Source: Octopus sinensis
Lineage: Eukaryota
Reading direction: 5' to 3'
Assembly (NCBI RefSeq): GCF_006345805.1
Contig: NC_043005.1
Span: 54,560,001 to 54,624,000, forward strand
Length of the DNA: 64,000 bases
Shown here: positions 23,020 to 34,774 of the stretch, piece after piece
Numbering within the stretch: position 1 is the stretch's first letter
Layout of the letters: every line of letters begins with the position of its first letter
The notes under the pieces: model-generated
What the model saw: only the letters and a program-made list of their open reading frames with translations
Told to the model about the DNA's origin: nothing
Databases searched by the model: none
Translations under genes and position numbers: made by a program

Positions 23020-23620
23020 AGATCATGAAGACAATCTGGAAGCTCTCTATGTAATAGGGCTCTCTATGTAATAGAGCTCTCTATATAATAAAGCTCCCTA
23101 TGTAATAGAGCTCTCTATGTAATAAACTGGACGAAAATGCTACAGAAACATATGAAATGCTCCAGACTGCTTATGGATTAACTTGTATGAGTGAAAGATC
23201 TGTTTCTCACAGGCACAAGAGGTTCAAAAACAGTAGAGAGAATATGAGAGACAATGAGAAATGTTTAAGGGAAAAGGGAGTCAGAACATCAGAACTGGGT
23301 AAGAAAATTCTGTTTTCTACATGAAGACTGTCATGTGTCTCTAAAGAAAATAAGCACACAGTTTGCAGTTGGTGTAGTAACTGTATACAGAATTATTCAT
23401 GAAGATCTGAGTAGGCCTAAAATTTGTAAAAAAGTTTGTTCTCAGGGTGTTCAGTGACAAACGGAAGGCAAAGATGTACTAGTGACAATAGGGTGATGGT
23501 TGAGCTCATTATCACCAATCCATGAGTACTTGAATCTCTGGAGACCTATGACAAAAGGCTGCTCTACTGTTATGACTAAGAGACAGAATGCTGAAAGGAA
23601 GTATCCTAGCTTCTCCAGAC
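23020..23620 (+). pseudogene. mariner transposase pseudogene (N-terminal half)
   Basis: ENATETYEMLQTAYGLTCMSERSVSHRHKRFKNSRENMRDNEK...FLHEDCHVSLKKISTQFAVGVVTVYRIIHEDL, with frameshifts. Confidence 0.8.
23041..23125. repeat. 17-bp minisatellite, 5 units (AGCTCTCTATGTAATAG)
   Basis: Units counted directly; lies within the start of the mariner ORF. Confidence 0.95.
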
Positions 23621-23870
23621 TGTGTGTGTATATGTTTGTATGTGGATATGTTTGTATGTTTGTGTGTATATGTTTGTGTGTCTGTGTTTGTCCCCCCAAC
23701 ATCACTTTACAACCAATGCTGGTGTGTTTACATCCCTGTAACTTAGCAGTTTGTCAAAAAAGACCGATAGAATAAGTACTAGGCTTACAAAGAATAAGTC
23801 CTGGGGGGTTGATTTGCTTGACTAAAGGCAGTGCTCCAGCATGGCCACAGTAAAAGAAAGAGTAAGAGTA
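23620..23870 (+). mobile_element. SINE family B, 3' half
   Basis: Family B tail pattern. Confidence 0.85.
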
Positions 23871-24529
23871 ATTGTTTCCTTCATTCCATTTAATTTATCC
23901 CTTGCCCCTAAAATTATATTATAAATTCCAAATATAAACATTCTCCCATAAAATATATATACCCAGACACCTTTATTATATATAATCTTATTTTTATTAG
24001 AAATTGAGGCTTCTTCAATAATTACTCATGTTCTCAATTATTCAAATGAATGATAATAATTAAGCAAAAATATTTGTAAATACCAATGATTAGCTATCAT
24101 GATTTAATTGGCTGCCAAATAATCATTAGAATATGCATTATAAATTTATCATTTCAATTATTATATGTAGAAAAACTTATTTTGTTATATGTCAAAAGGG
24201 TCATTATGCTAATAATAAACACATGCACTGGTCTTCTTTCACTTCTTTTATTATTATTAATCAATTAGTCAACCAATTAACTATTTGATTATTTGATTAA
24301 TCATTCAGTTAATCAATCAGCCAGGTTTGTCAAAGTCATTAATATCTTCATCATTAATATCTTCATCAATAACATGCCCTCTCAACTCCAGGTCTATTTC
24401 AAGTATTCATCTAATCTTTTTAAAAAGGTAATATTTTTTTGTTTCAGTATTATATTGGTCGAATGCATGGAAGCAAGGAAATGGCTATTGTGTACATAAT
24501 TTTCATGATACTGAAAAACTGAAAAGGTT

Positions 24530-24760
24530 TTTTGACCAATTGGTATTTGGAAATTATTAAATAAATATCAATAGAAGTGTCTGCAAGAATCTACAAATGT
24601 ATTCTGATCTTTTGTTCAAAGTAATAAAGGTTTATATAGCAATTAATGTAGACAGATATCTGATCGCGAATGGGCTCATTGATTTTGTAATTGTGAAAGT
24701 TATCATCTTTTAAGCTCCAGATATATTTTAATAGGTCCTGTGGTGTCTTCCTGTAGAAAA
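24530..24760 (-). pseudogene. Penelope-like GIY-YIG endonuclease C-terminal fragment
   Basis: LLKYIWSLKDDNFHNYKI...EQKIRIHL*ILAD...ISKYQ resembles the LSKYIWSLKD...EEKL.IL..D...ISKC pattern of PLE ORFs. Confidence 0.65.
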
Positions 24761-25080
24761 TATACATACCTGCCAAATGGATTCTGTATTCAGCATGCAT
24801 TAAATATGAAGTGGAGGTTAAATCAACAAGACCAGAAATTTGGTGCCACCTTGAACCTCTGTACTAGTATGACAGAAAAGACATTCAAAGAAGCATCTTA
24901 CAAACATAGCTCTTCATTCAAATATACTAGTATACAAAGTGCATTGAGGTTTTTCACTAACATCTGGCCTCTAAATCAAAAAAGTTGCAAACTAAAATAA
25001 CAACAAAAGGAGCATATAAATTCCAGCAAAAAATGTAGCTTCTGCCTTCTGGAGAAAAAAAACTGAACCAGAAAAACTTA
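24740..25080 (+). pseudogene. Penelope-like GIY-YIG endonuclease fragment
   Basis: SSCRKYTYLPNGFCI...SMTEKTFKEASYKHSSSFK...IWPLNQK...SSKKCSFCLLEK. Confidence 0.7.
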
Positions 25081-25261
25081 CTGAAACCAGGGATGTATCT
25101 AAATATCAAGTCAAAGGTATTCAGTAAAATTTAAACAATGATTATTTGATATTACAAAACTGAGCACAGTATCACTAAATGAAACATGCAAACTTGAAAG
25201 GAGAGTCAGTGGATGCAAAATTCCAAATATGTACTTTCCTTTTTCACTATTCTCTATTGTA

Positions 25262-25680
25262 AGGTGGTGAGCTGGCAGAAACATTAGCACGTCAGGCAAC
25301 ATGCTTAGCGGTATTTTGTCTGCCATTATGTTCTGAGTTCAAATTCCGCCAAGGTCGACTTTGCCTTTCATCCCTTCAGGGTAGATAAATTAAGTACCAT
25401 TTACACACTGAGTGTCAATGTAATCGACTTAATCCCTTTGTCTGTCCTTGTTTGCCCTCTCTATGTTTAGCCCCTTGTGGGCAATAAAGAAATAAGAAAC
25501 ATTAGCACGCCAGGTATTTCGTCTGTCTTCACATTCTGAGTTCAAATTCTGCCATGGTTTACTTTACCTTTCATTCTTTCGGGGTTGATAAACTAAGTAC
25601 CAGTTGTGTACTGGGGTCGATCTAATCAACTGGTCCCCTCCCCAAAAATTTCGGGCCTTGCACCTCGAGTAGAAAAGAGC
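25262..25680 (+). mobile_element. SINE family C, two-unit composite
   Basis: GGTGGTGAGCTGGCAGAAACATTAGCAC head; two GGTCGACTTTGCCTTTCATCC-like cores. Confidence 0.85.
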
Positions 25681-25952
25681 CCATAATATTTTAAAATATA
25701 GGAATAATCTCTTTTGGTTTCACTTTAGATTTTCAAAAGAGTATAGTATATGGATCTGTGTCATGAATTATGTCTAGCCAGGCCATTGTTATAAAAATAG
25801 TTGATGTTTAAAGTAGCAATGTGCTCAGAACATTGTAAACAGAAATTGATTGGTCAACATTTATGTATTAAGCTCATTCATCAACAACACAAAAAGGCCA
25901 TATAGAAGCTTTTCTCCATTGAATATATATATATATAAATATATATATATAT

Positions 25953-25989
<37 letters not shown>

Positions 25990-26019
25990 AAAGTGTACGT
26001 ACGCTGCTATATATATATA

Positions 26020-26182
26020 TATAAAAATACAAACTGGGACGACAAAACATCCAGATAGACAATACAAATAAAACAACGACGGATCATTCGAAGTTTTCTT
26101 TCCTCAGTCAAGTACCAGATTCTTTTCACAATTTTGGCTGATTATGATGTTTTGCGTTCTTGTCACATTTTGTATTTTTATA
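26020..26182. mobile_element. Small inverted-repeat element within (TA)n
   Basis: Arms TATAAAAATACAAACTGGGACGACAAAACATC (26020-26051) and GATGTTTTGCGTTCTTGTCACATTTTGTATTTTTATA (26146-26182). Confidence 0.65.
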
Positions 26183-26206
26183 TATATATATGTATATATA
26201 TGTTTG

Positions 26207-26289
<83 letters not shown>

Positions 26290-26290
26290 T

Positions 26291-26339
<49 letters not shown>

Positions 26340-26753
26340 TTATAACTGAAAAATTTCTTGCACCTTCCAATTTCATGTTAGAGCCAACAATCATCAGCAA
26401 GACAAAATATGATAAAGAAAAGAAGTGAATTTTCAAAGTAATTAGGACACTATTGTTGTTGCTGTTGGAGGAATTTAAATGATGTTGAAAATTCATCAAA
26501 GTTGATTAACTCAGACAAAGACTGTCTTTAAACTATTTTGAATATCATACTAAATTTATTATATACTACAAATGCTGGATAAAGTATAAATCCTGAAGAT
26601 TCAAGGAATTCTCAATTGAATTTATCCATATATTTACCTGTAATAAGTTCTACATTACAGCATGCTCCCTCTTTATATTATGCATTGAAATAACATTTTT
26701 ACACACTCTCAGACCAAACACATATATGTGCGCATGTGCTGGCACCTGCACGT

Positions 26754-26799
<46 letters not shown>

Positions 26800-27364
26800 A
26801 CATGCATTGTTTTACTTTGGTTTTAAATTCTTTATAAAGAAAATCATTTTAATTTAATTTTTTTTTCCTGGGGATGGGGTTGGTGGAAACGAGGCTGATT
26901 GAAAGTCATCAAAGAATGAATGTCTGTGCTCTTACTTAGCAAAGACAGAATCATTAGGAATTCAAAGATGATAATATAATTATTTTTAAAATTAGGCCTG
27001 AAGGATTAAAGTTATATGGTATTCCTTAAAATGAGAATTTGTGGTGATCAGGTTATTCGTTAGCACAGTAAACAAAGCTATTTCAGTAAACAAAAAAAAA
27101 AGTGTGTGTTTCTGAAGTCCAAAAATTTATCACAAAAAAGAATTAAATCAATACAATAAAATATTTTAATTTAATTATCAAAATCTAACAATGTAAAAGA
27201 GTGAAGACATGGAAACAGGAGAAAGTTAAAGCTGTGCCAGATTTCTTCCGCTCAAACAGTTTTACCATTATTTTTTATTTTTCCGTAATATCTCCAAAAG
27301 CATGCAAATCCCTCTCCAAATCCAACTACATTGTTATATATATATGTGTGTATGTATGTGTGTG

Positions 27365-27531
27365 TGTGAGACCCCGTGTGTATCGTTGGCGATTTTCTTT
27401 TTCTGTCTTCCCTTCCTTGGATCTTTCCTTTTTCTATGTTTCTTTCTTTCCTTTCCTGAGCCTCCCAATAACACTATACTTGTTCCATGTCCTCGCGTTG
27501 TTTTGCTTTCTCTTTGTTCATGTTTGGATTA
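27365..27531 (+). mobile_element. Family P1 copy lacking the hammerhead
   Basis: Collinear with 4236-4456 but reads CTATGTTTCT/TTCTTTCCTTTCCTGAGC near 27443, skipping the HHR. Confidence 0.8.
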
Positions 27532-27553
27532 ATTATATATATATATATATATA

Positions 27554-28926
27554 CTAGCTTAAGGTGACCCGCTCTACGCGCAGGTAAGAGTGTGGTTGTT
27601 ACTTTGTTGCTTCCTTTCTGTTTTTTATCACCACATTCTCCCTCTTTGTTTCTCACTCCTTTCTCTCTCACTTTCACACTCTCATACTCTTCCTTTCTCT
27701 CGGACTCTCCCTCGCTTGCTCTTACTCTCTATCTTTATCTATCTCTCTCCCATTTATAAACAACAAAAGATCTTGAGTAAGTTGAGAAAGAAAATATTTT
27801 GAAAGATCAATCATAAATATCAGGTAGTGACAACGGAAAGGTCTGCTTCAAGGCAGACAGCAAAACACTAACATTTAAAAGGTACAGACGAACTTGCGAG
27901 TGGAATAAAAATAAAAAAAATATTGGAAACCAAAGTTTGAAAGGATAGAATCCGAGGATAGTAGAGTCACCATGGCTGGCATTTCTTAATGACAGACAGC
28001 TGGCGTAAAATTTTGAACTTGACGTAAAAGAAAATTCCTAAACACCAAGTTTTGAAGTGATTCTTTCTCACGACAGTACACTCACCATGGCAAGCATTCA
28101 AAACTTCTTCATCTTGGACGGCAACGCATTGACGATTTAAAGGCTGGTGCAAATTTTTTAGCTTGATGTAACAGAGAATTCCTAAACACCCGCTCCTGTA
28201 AATTGTAATCCCCTTCCAGCCCCATTTAGACCCATTTTCATATTTTGGTTAATATAACCCGATTTCATTTGGGTCTACTCAGGCCACATTTTATAAGATG
28301 AGTAATTTTGTCCTTGAGGTTAGGCCTTTCATTTGAGGAAAAAAATAGTTGCCATGCAAACTCGCCAGTACTTTTAAGATAGGTGTGCATATTTTCACCT
28401 CAACCGACCACATAATGCACATATTATATATATATATGTACATATATAAGCATTATATATATATATATGTGTGTGTGTGTACGCATTATATATACAAATA
28501 TATACAAATTATATATATGTGTGTGTGTGTATATACACATATATATATAAATACAGATATATATATACATTATATATACATATTTATATATAGAACACAC
28601 ACACACACATGCATATATAAATTAACCCAATAAATATCTGATTCATAATATTTGTTCTCATGGTGGTGGTGGCAATAATAAAACTCTCTATGAATGCAGA
28701 CAGACGTACAGAGAGAGAGAGAAAGGGGGAGCAGTAGAGAAAGAGTGACAGAGCTGGCGAAGGCGGCGGGGGAAAGATAGTAGTAGCTGTCAAACGCCGA
28801 TATAGAGAGAAAGTGAAAGGAAGGGAGGAAAGAGAGAGAGGGAGAGAGGAAGAAAGGCAGATAAGAGAATGAGAGAAGACTTGTCAAAGTGTGCGTTTTT
28901 TGCCCTAGTAACCACACCTTTTAAGA
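27554..28926 (-). mobile_element. Non-autonomous Helitron-like element (5' end uncertain: 28926 or 28379)
   Basis: Minus 3' end ACCTGCGCGTAGAGCGGGT hairpin, short spacer, CTAG then T; candidate A/TC starts ATCTTAAAAG; subterminal inverted GTGTGGTTGTTACT / AGTAACCACAC. Confidence 0.6.
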
Positions 28927-29079
28927 TAGGGTTTTCTAATCTAGCCCATTCACATCCTCACCTTATTTTACATGTCCTTGTAAATTTTGGAGTCAATCCG
29001 ACGGGGTCTAGTGCCCTTTAACCTGTTCCAATGCCAAAACCAGACAAACAAACTTTTCACATTTCAGATTTATAGATAT

Positions 29080-29136
<57 letters not shown>

Positions 29137-29399
29137 CACACAAACACATATAGATATATGTATGTGTGCATATATAGGGATATATCAACATCATTGTTTA
29201 ATGTACAATTTCCAATGAATTCCTAGGTCAAATGGAGTTTATTGGTTTACTCAGGTAGGTTTCCTATTGCCAGATGCCCTTTCTGTCACCAACCCTTACC
29301 TGTTTTTAACAAAGGTAATGTTTCTTTATCACTGGAACATATTTTTGCAGAATACTGGAAACAAACGATGCTGAGATACTCATTTATATAAGTGTGTGT

Positions 29400-29467
29400 G
29401 ACATACAATGTCAAGACAAGAAAACGCAAGCATACTCTTCACACTCTATCACTCTCTCTCTCCCATG

Positions 29468-29501
<34 letters not shown>

Positions 29502-29625
29502 TGGCTATGGTCACTTTGGGACTACAGTAGAAAACACTTGCTGAAGGTGGCACAAAGTAGGACTGAACCACAAACCATATGGTTGGGAAGTAAACATTGT
29601 ATTTGCACACCCATTCCCATGCCAA
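29400..29625 (-). mobile_element. SINE family B, 5' half, degenerate
   Basis: CACTTGCTGAAGGTGGCACAAAGTAGGACTGAACC. Confidence 0.65.
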
Positions 29626-29644
29626 TCTATCTATCTAGATAAAA

Positions 29645-29899
29645 CTTACTTGGAAAAGGATGCGTGGCATTCGATCATATAATAATAAAAACATATGTAT
29701 ATATACATACATATATGTACATACCTACATATATATGTATATATACATGCATATATGGGTACAGGACATCGAAAAACGTTGAACACAACGAAAACATAAA
29801 AACAAAAACATAGAAACGAACTTTTTTTCGAACAACGTAAAAACAAACAGAGGAACGAGACATGCAACATAAAGAATATTCCCCTTCTTCAGTTGTCCC
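29645..29899 (-). mobile_element. Unclassified (Penelope-like?) repeat, homologous to 33059-33320
   Basis: ATATATGGGTACAGGACA..AAAAACGTTGAACACAA...TTCCCCTTCTTCAGTTG shared in the opposite orientation. Confidence 0.6.
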
Positions 29900-30025
29900 T
29901 AAGTGGACTGGAGCAACGTGAAATAAAGTCTCTTGCTCAAGGACATAATGCGTTGCTGGGAATCGAACTCACAACCTTACAATCATGAGCTGAATGCCCT
30001 AACCACTAAGCCACGTGCCCTCACT
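29900..30025 (-). mobile_element. SINE family D, head half
   Basis: AAGTGGACTGGAGCAACGTGAAATAAAG...CCTAACCACTAAGCCACGTGCCCTCAC. Confidence 0.85.
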
Positions 30026-30089
30026 ACACTCATATACATGATAACACACAGATACATACATACACACACAGATAATCACACATGCACAC

Positions 30090-31190
30090 TCCTACCATTT
30101 TATTGACCCTGAAAGGATGTAAGGCAAAGTTGATCTAAGCAGAATTTGAACTCAGAATATAAAGACAGAGGAAATGCTGCCCTGCATTTTACCCAGCATG
30201 CTAATGATTCTGCCAATTTGCTGCCTTAAAGAATCATTAAATATTTCTTTCTACTATAGGCACTAGGTCTGAAATTTTGAGAACAGGAGCTAGTCAAATG
30301 TATCACCTACCAGTATTCAACTGAGAGCTATTTTATCGACCCTGAAAGGATGAGAGATAAGGTCACCCTCAGCAGAATTTGAACTCAGATTATAAAGATG
30401 AGCAAAATGCCACTAAGCATTTTACCTGGTGTATTAATGCTTCTGCCATGTCGCTGCTTTAAAGATCCATTAAATATTGGTTTCAAATATTGGCAGAAGG
30501 CCAGCAATTTCAGTCGGGGTGGTAATTTGATTACATTAATACCAGTGTTCAACTGGTGATCATTTTATCAATCCCAAGAGGATGAAGAGCAAAATCAACC
30601 TGAGCAGAATTTGAACTCAGAACATAAAGATGGACAAAATGCTGCTATACCTCTTGCCCAGCATGCTAACAATTCAACTAGCTCACTCCCTTAAAAAGTC
30701 ATTAGACATTGATTTCAAATTTTGGCACAAGGCCAGCAAGTTCAGACGTAGTGGGTAAGTTGAGTACATTGACCCAAGTGTTTAACTCATATTTATTTTA
30801 TCAACCCTGGAAAGATGAAAGGCAAAGTTGGCCTTGGTGGAATTTGAACTCAGAATGCAAAGACAAAAAAAGAAATGCCACTAAGAATTTTGCCTGGGTT
30901 GCTTAATGAATCTGCCAATTCACTGCCTGAAAGTGTTATTAAATATTGCAAATGATTTTGTCCAACGCCCTGATTATGCCAGACTACTGTTTTACATATT
31001 AATCCTGATTTCTAATATTTGATGACGGTCTTGAATTTGGGAGAAGGATATATGTCAACCATAAGAAGGATAAAGCATGCAGTTACCCTCAGCTGGATTT
31101 GAACACAGAATGTGAAGGACTATAACTAAACACTGTGAATCATTTTGTTCAATGTTCTAATGATTCTGCTAATCCATCATCTCTTTTCTA
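30090..31190 (-). repeat. Tandem array of about five SINE family C units (period ~235-240 bp)
   Basis: GACCCTGAAAGGATG...GAATTTGAACTCAGA...GCTAATGATTCTGCC...TTAAATATT recurs near 30.1, 30.34, 30.57, 30.8 and 31.07 kb. Confidence 0.85.
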
Positions 31191-32708
31191 AATATTAATA
31201 CTTAACAAAAATTTATGGTTTAAATATACATCCTCTCCTAATATTTACATCCAAGAATTTCAGAACTTATTGACTTTGAAATAAAATAAATATGGCAAAA
31301 TTCTTTAATAAATAATAAAAACAACAATAGCAATAAAAAAAAAGAAAACAAGGTAAATTTCTCTTTCTGAATATATTATGGCACCGGATTTAATAGCTTC
31401 TATTATTTTTATATCGAAGTCTGTGTTCTGAAGGTAAAAGATATACATACAACATACATACATATATATATATATATACATATACATACACACACATATA
31501 TTTATGTGTGTGTGTGTGTGTATGTATATATAGTTTGGAACAAAGACTATTGACAGACTTTGAAGCATACTAAAATATTCTCTTTTTAGTTTAAAACTGA
31601 AATTGAGTAGAAACCATCTTTGAAGAATAATGATATCTTTGGGAATAGATGAATAAGGCTGGATGTCACTCAGTTTTCAAAATATAACTTAACATCAAAC
31701 AATTATTTTTGAACATTGTGTATCGTTCAAAAGGACTTACTTAAATTATTCAGGATGGCTTTCATGTTTAGATAGATACCTCACAATATAACTATTCATC
31801 ATGGCCGATAGGAAAAAAAAAATAACTCCCACAAAAAACACAAACAATAAAAAAACAATGCATTCTTAATAAAATCACATTAGGTTCTCTCTATGTGTGA
31901 AATAAGCAGGAAACTCAATGAATCATTCTCTAGTTGTATGTATGTTTTTCCTCTTCTCCTCCTCATCTCCCCTTCCTCTTTTCGCTCTCCTACCTGCACC
32001 ATCACAGCTTGCGGTTTACTTCCAAATTCATTTCTTGCCTCTGTTACCCTGTTTGAACCATCAAATCAGCTAACAGTGGAGAAAGACTAAGAGAAAGAGA
32101 TAAAAAGAGAAAGAGAGAGTAGGGGCAGAGAGAGAGAGAGAGAAGGAGAGTAAGGGAAGAAAGTGAGGGAGAAAGAAAGAAGGTGTGAGAGAGAGAGAGA
32201 GAGAGAGGTAGAAAGAGAGCAAAAGTGAGAGATGGGAAGGGCAGAACAAAAAATTTAAAAGAAGTGCATTTGTATCCATATTTGCTAATTTACCATGTAT
32301 TAATGTGCCTCAATACTCTGGTCCCCTCTAAAGCACCTTTTTAATTGTTTAAAAAGTTATCAAAATACTCGTTTATATACGCACACTCACATATATATGT
32401 AAAACAGCAATAAATGTCAATAAGATATTTATCCAACCAAACAAAGATTTAAGTATTGGAAAAAGCAACAGACAAGCTCCAGAGGGAGAAAGGAGATAAC
32501 AATGTTTTAAACGAAAGCAACAAAACAGAAGATCAGGAATAGAAAATAAGAAACAAAAAGAAAAAAGAAAAGAAAAAAAGGAAGCCAAATCATATTGTGT
32601 ATAAAAAAAAAGAAAAAAACTTTCAAAATCTAGTTTTTTTGTGTTGTCAATGCCTCTGTTATTATTTATATATATATAGAATTGTTTTTGTTTGTCCATG
32701 ATGATAAT

Positions 32709-32741
<33 letters not shown>

Positions 32742-32904
32742 AGAGAGAGGGAATAAAATCCAGGATATGTAATATCTATCAGCATTCACATGCATAGAGC
32801 ATAGCTAAACTAAAAACCAATCAAGAGTGTTATACAATACTAACTACTGTTAGCAAGTTATGTAAATATTTGAATAAACTCTGTTGTACAATAAAATGTG
32901 TGTG

Positions 32905-33333
32905 TGTGTGTGCATGTGTGGTAAGTAGCTTGTTTACGAACCACATGGCTCCGGGTTCAGTCCTACTGTGTGGCACCTTTGGGCAAGTGTCTTCTACTTC
33001 AACCTCAGGCCGACCAAGGCCTTGCGAGTGGATTTGGTAGACAGAAACTGAAAGAAGCCCATGACCTTCGAAACGCGGAGTAGATGAAACAGAGGCAACT
33101 GAAGAAGGGGAATTTTCCTTGTGCTGTATGTCCTGTACTCTATTTTTTCGTTGTTTAAGAAAAATGTCCATTTCCTTGGTTTTGTGTTTATATTTTCGCT
33201 TCTCATTGTGTTCAACGTTTTTTTTTGGTGTCCTGTACCCATATATGCATGTATATATACATGTAGAGGTAGGTACATACATATATGTATGTATATATGC
33301 ATAAGTTTTATTTATTAATTTATATATATATAT

Positions 33334-33370
<37 letters not shown>

Positions 33371-33511
33371 TGTATGTGTGTGTATATGTTTGTGTGTCTG
33401 TGCTTGTCCCCCCCAACATTGCTTGACAACCAATGCTGGTGTGTTTACGTCCCCGTAACTTAGTGGTTCAGCAAAAGAGACCGATAGAATAAGTACTAGG
33501 CTTACAAAGAA
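32905..33511 (+). mobile_element. SINE family B interrupted by a 33059-33320 insertion
   Basis: Head to GAAAGAAGCCC, foreign insert, then (TATG)n and family B 3' part. Confidence 0.85.
33059..33320 (+). mobile_element. Unclassified (Penelope-like?) repeat nested in the SINE's internal microsatellite
   Basis: Homologous to 29645-29899; begins GACCTTCGAAACGCG. Confidence 0.6.
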
Positions 33512-33636
33512 TGTAGGTATTTATAACACCCTTCAGTCATATTTAATGATGGTTATAGTTCTATATATGTATGTGTGTGTGTGTGTGTGTGTGTAAATTC
33601 TTCTTCTTCTTCTTCTTATTATTATTATTATTAATA

Positions 33637-33667
<31 letters not shown>

Positions 33668-33736
33668 TATTATCATTATTATTATTATTATTATTTAGAA
33701 CATTTTCATTCATCTTAAAGTTTTGCCAGACCTTTA

Positions 33737-33768
<32 letters not shown>

Positions 33769-33827
33769 CTGTACTGATCCATGATAGAATATTCAACAAA
33801 AACAATACTCCCTCTGATGAGAGATAG

Positions 33828-34451
33828 ATATTGTTATTTAAAGGTCACAATACGTGTATTAAAACATTACTATTAGTTTCATATTTCATATTTATTCAAT
33901 TTCTTTAGTTCGTTATGATGTGGGATTTGCACCTGAAGAATATGATTGATTGATTGATTGATTCTAGTTTCAGCTTATGAGCTGTGGCCATGCTGGGGCA
34001 CCGCCATTTGGTGTTGCTACTTGGTTTCACTTCATGGAGGCTTTCTAGCAACTGCTATTTGGTGCATGATAGAGTTCGATGCAGCTGCCCTCATCTGCCC
34101 CTCCTGCCGTGAAGTTGGTTCATCTGGGACACCTGACAGGAAGAGATCCAGCTTCATTTTAAAGACATCTGTATCCACCCCATGCAGGTCTCTCAGGTTC
34201 TTCGGGAGGATATTGAAGAGCTGTGGGCCTCAGAAGCCCAGGCTATCACAGAATCTTGTCCTACATCTTGATGGCAGGTTTGGAGTCCTAGGCACCACGC
34301 AGTGGCGCCCAGTTCTGGCATTTGCGTAACTCTCGATGCCAAAGTTCAGGACACTTCCCTCCAGGATCTTCCAGATGTATGTTTGAGTTCTCTCAACATA
34401 TGAAATTATTAGTAATGCTTTGATACATGTATTGTGACCTTTAAACAATAT
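33828..34451. repeat. ~55-bp inverted repeats (33828-33884 / 34398-34451) bracketing the CR1 fragment
   Basis: AAAGGTCACAATACGTGTATTAAAACATTACTATTAGTTTCATAT versus ATATGAAATTATTAGTAATGCTTTGATACATGTATTGTGACCTTT. Confidence 0.85.
33943..34396 (-). mobile_element. CR1-clade LINE 3' end (ORF2 C-terminus, 3' UTR, (ATCA)n tail)
   Basis: YIWKILEGSVLNFGIESYANARTGRHCVVP...DSLGF*GPQLFNILPKNLRDLHGVDTDVFKMKLDLFLSGVPDEP...AASNSIMHQ; one internal stop; tail (AATC)n. Confidence 0.85.
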
Positions 34452-34477
34452 TAATAATAATCTTCTTTCTTTCACCC

Positions 34478-34774
34478 TTTTCAAGCCTAGCCAGGCTCAT
34501 GGGCCCGGTTTCCTGGTTTCTATGGTGCATGCGTTCCTCCCAGCTTGACGGGACACCAGTCCATCGCAGCATTATTCAAGAAACAGGAAGACAGAGTGAG
34601 AGAAAGTTGAGGCAAAAGAATACAATTGGGGCTGCCACCACTCCCTGCCAGAGCTTCGGGGAGCTTTAGGCGTTTTTGCTCAATAAACACACAAAACACC
34701 CGGTCTGGGAATCGAAACCATGATCCTTCGACCACGAGTCCACTGCCCTAACCACTGGGCCATTACACCTCCAC

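Noticed and set aside
30090-31190. CRISPR-like periodicity in the tandem arrays
   Set aside because: Eukaryotic context; units are SINE copies or minisatellites without unique spacers
33059-33125. Possible hammerhead (CCTTCGAAACGCG ... CTGAAGAAGGGG)
   Set aside because: No consistent stem I, stem III or NUH site could be built; at best a truncated half motif
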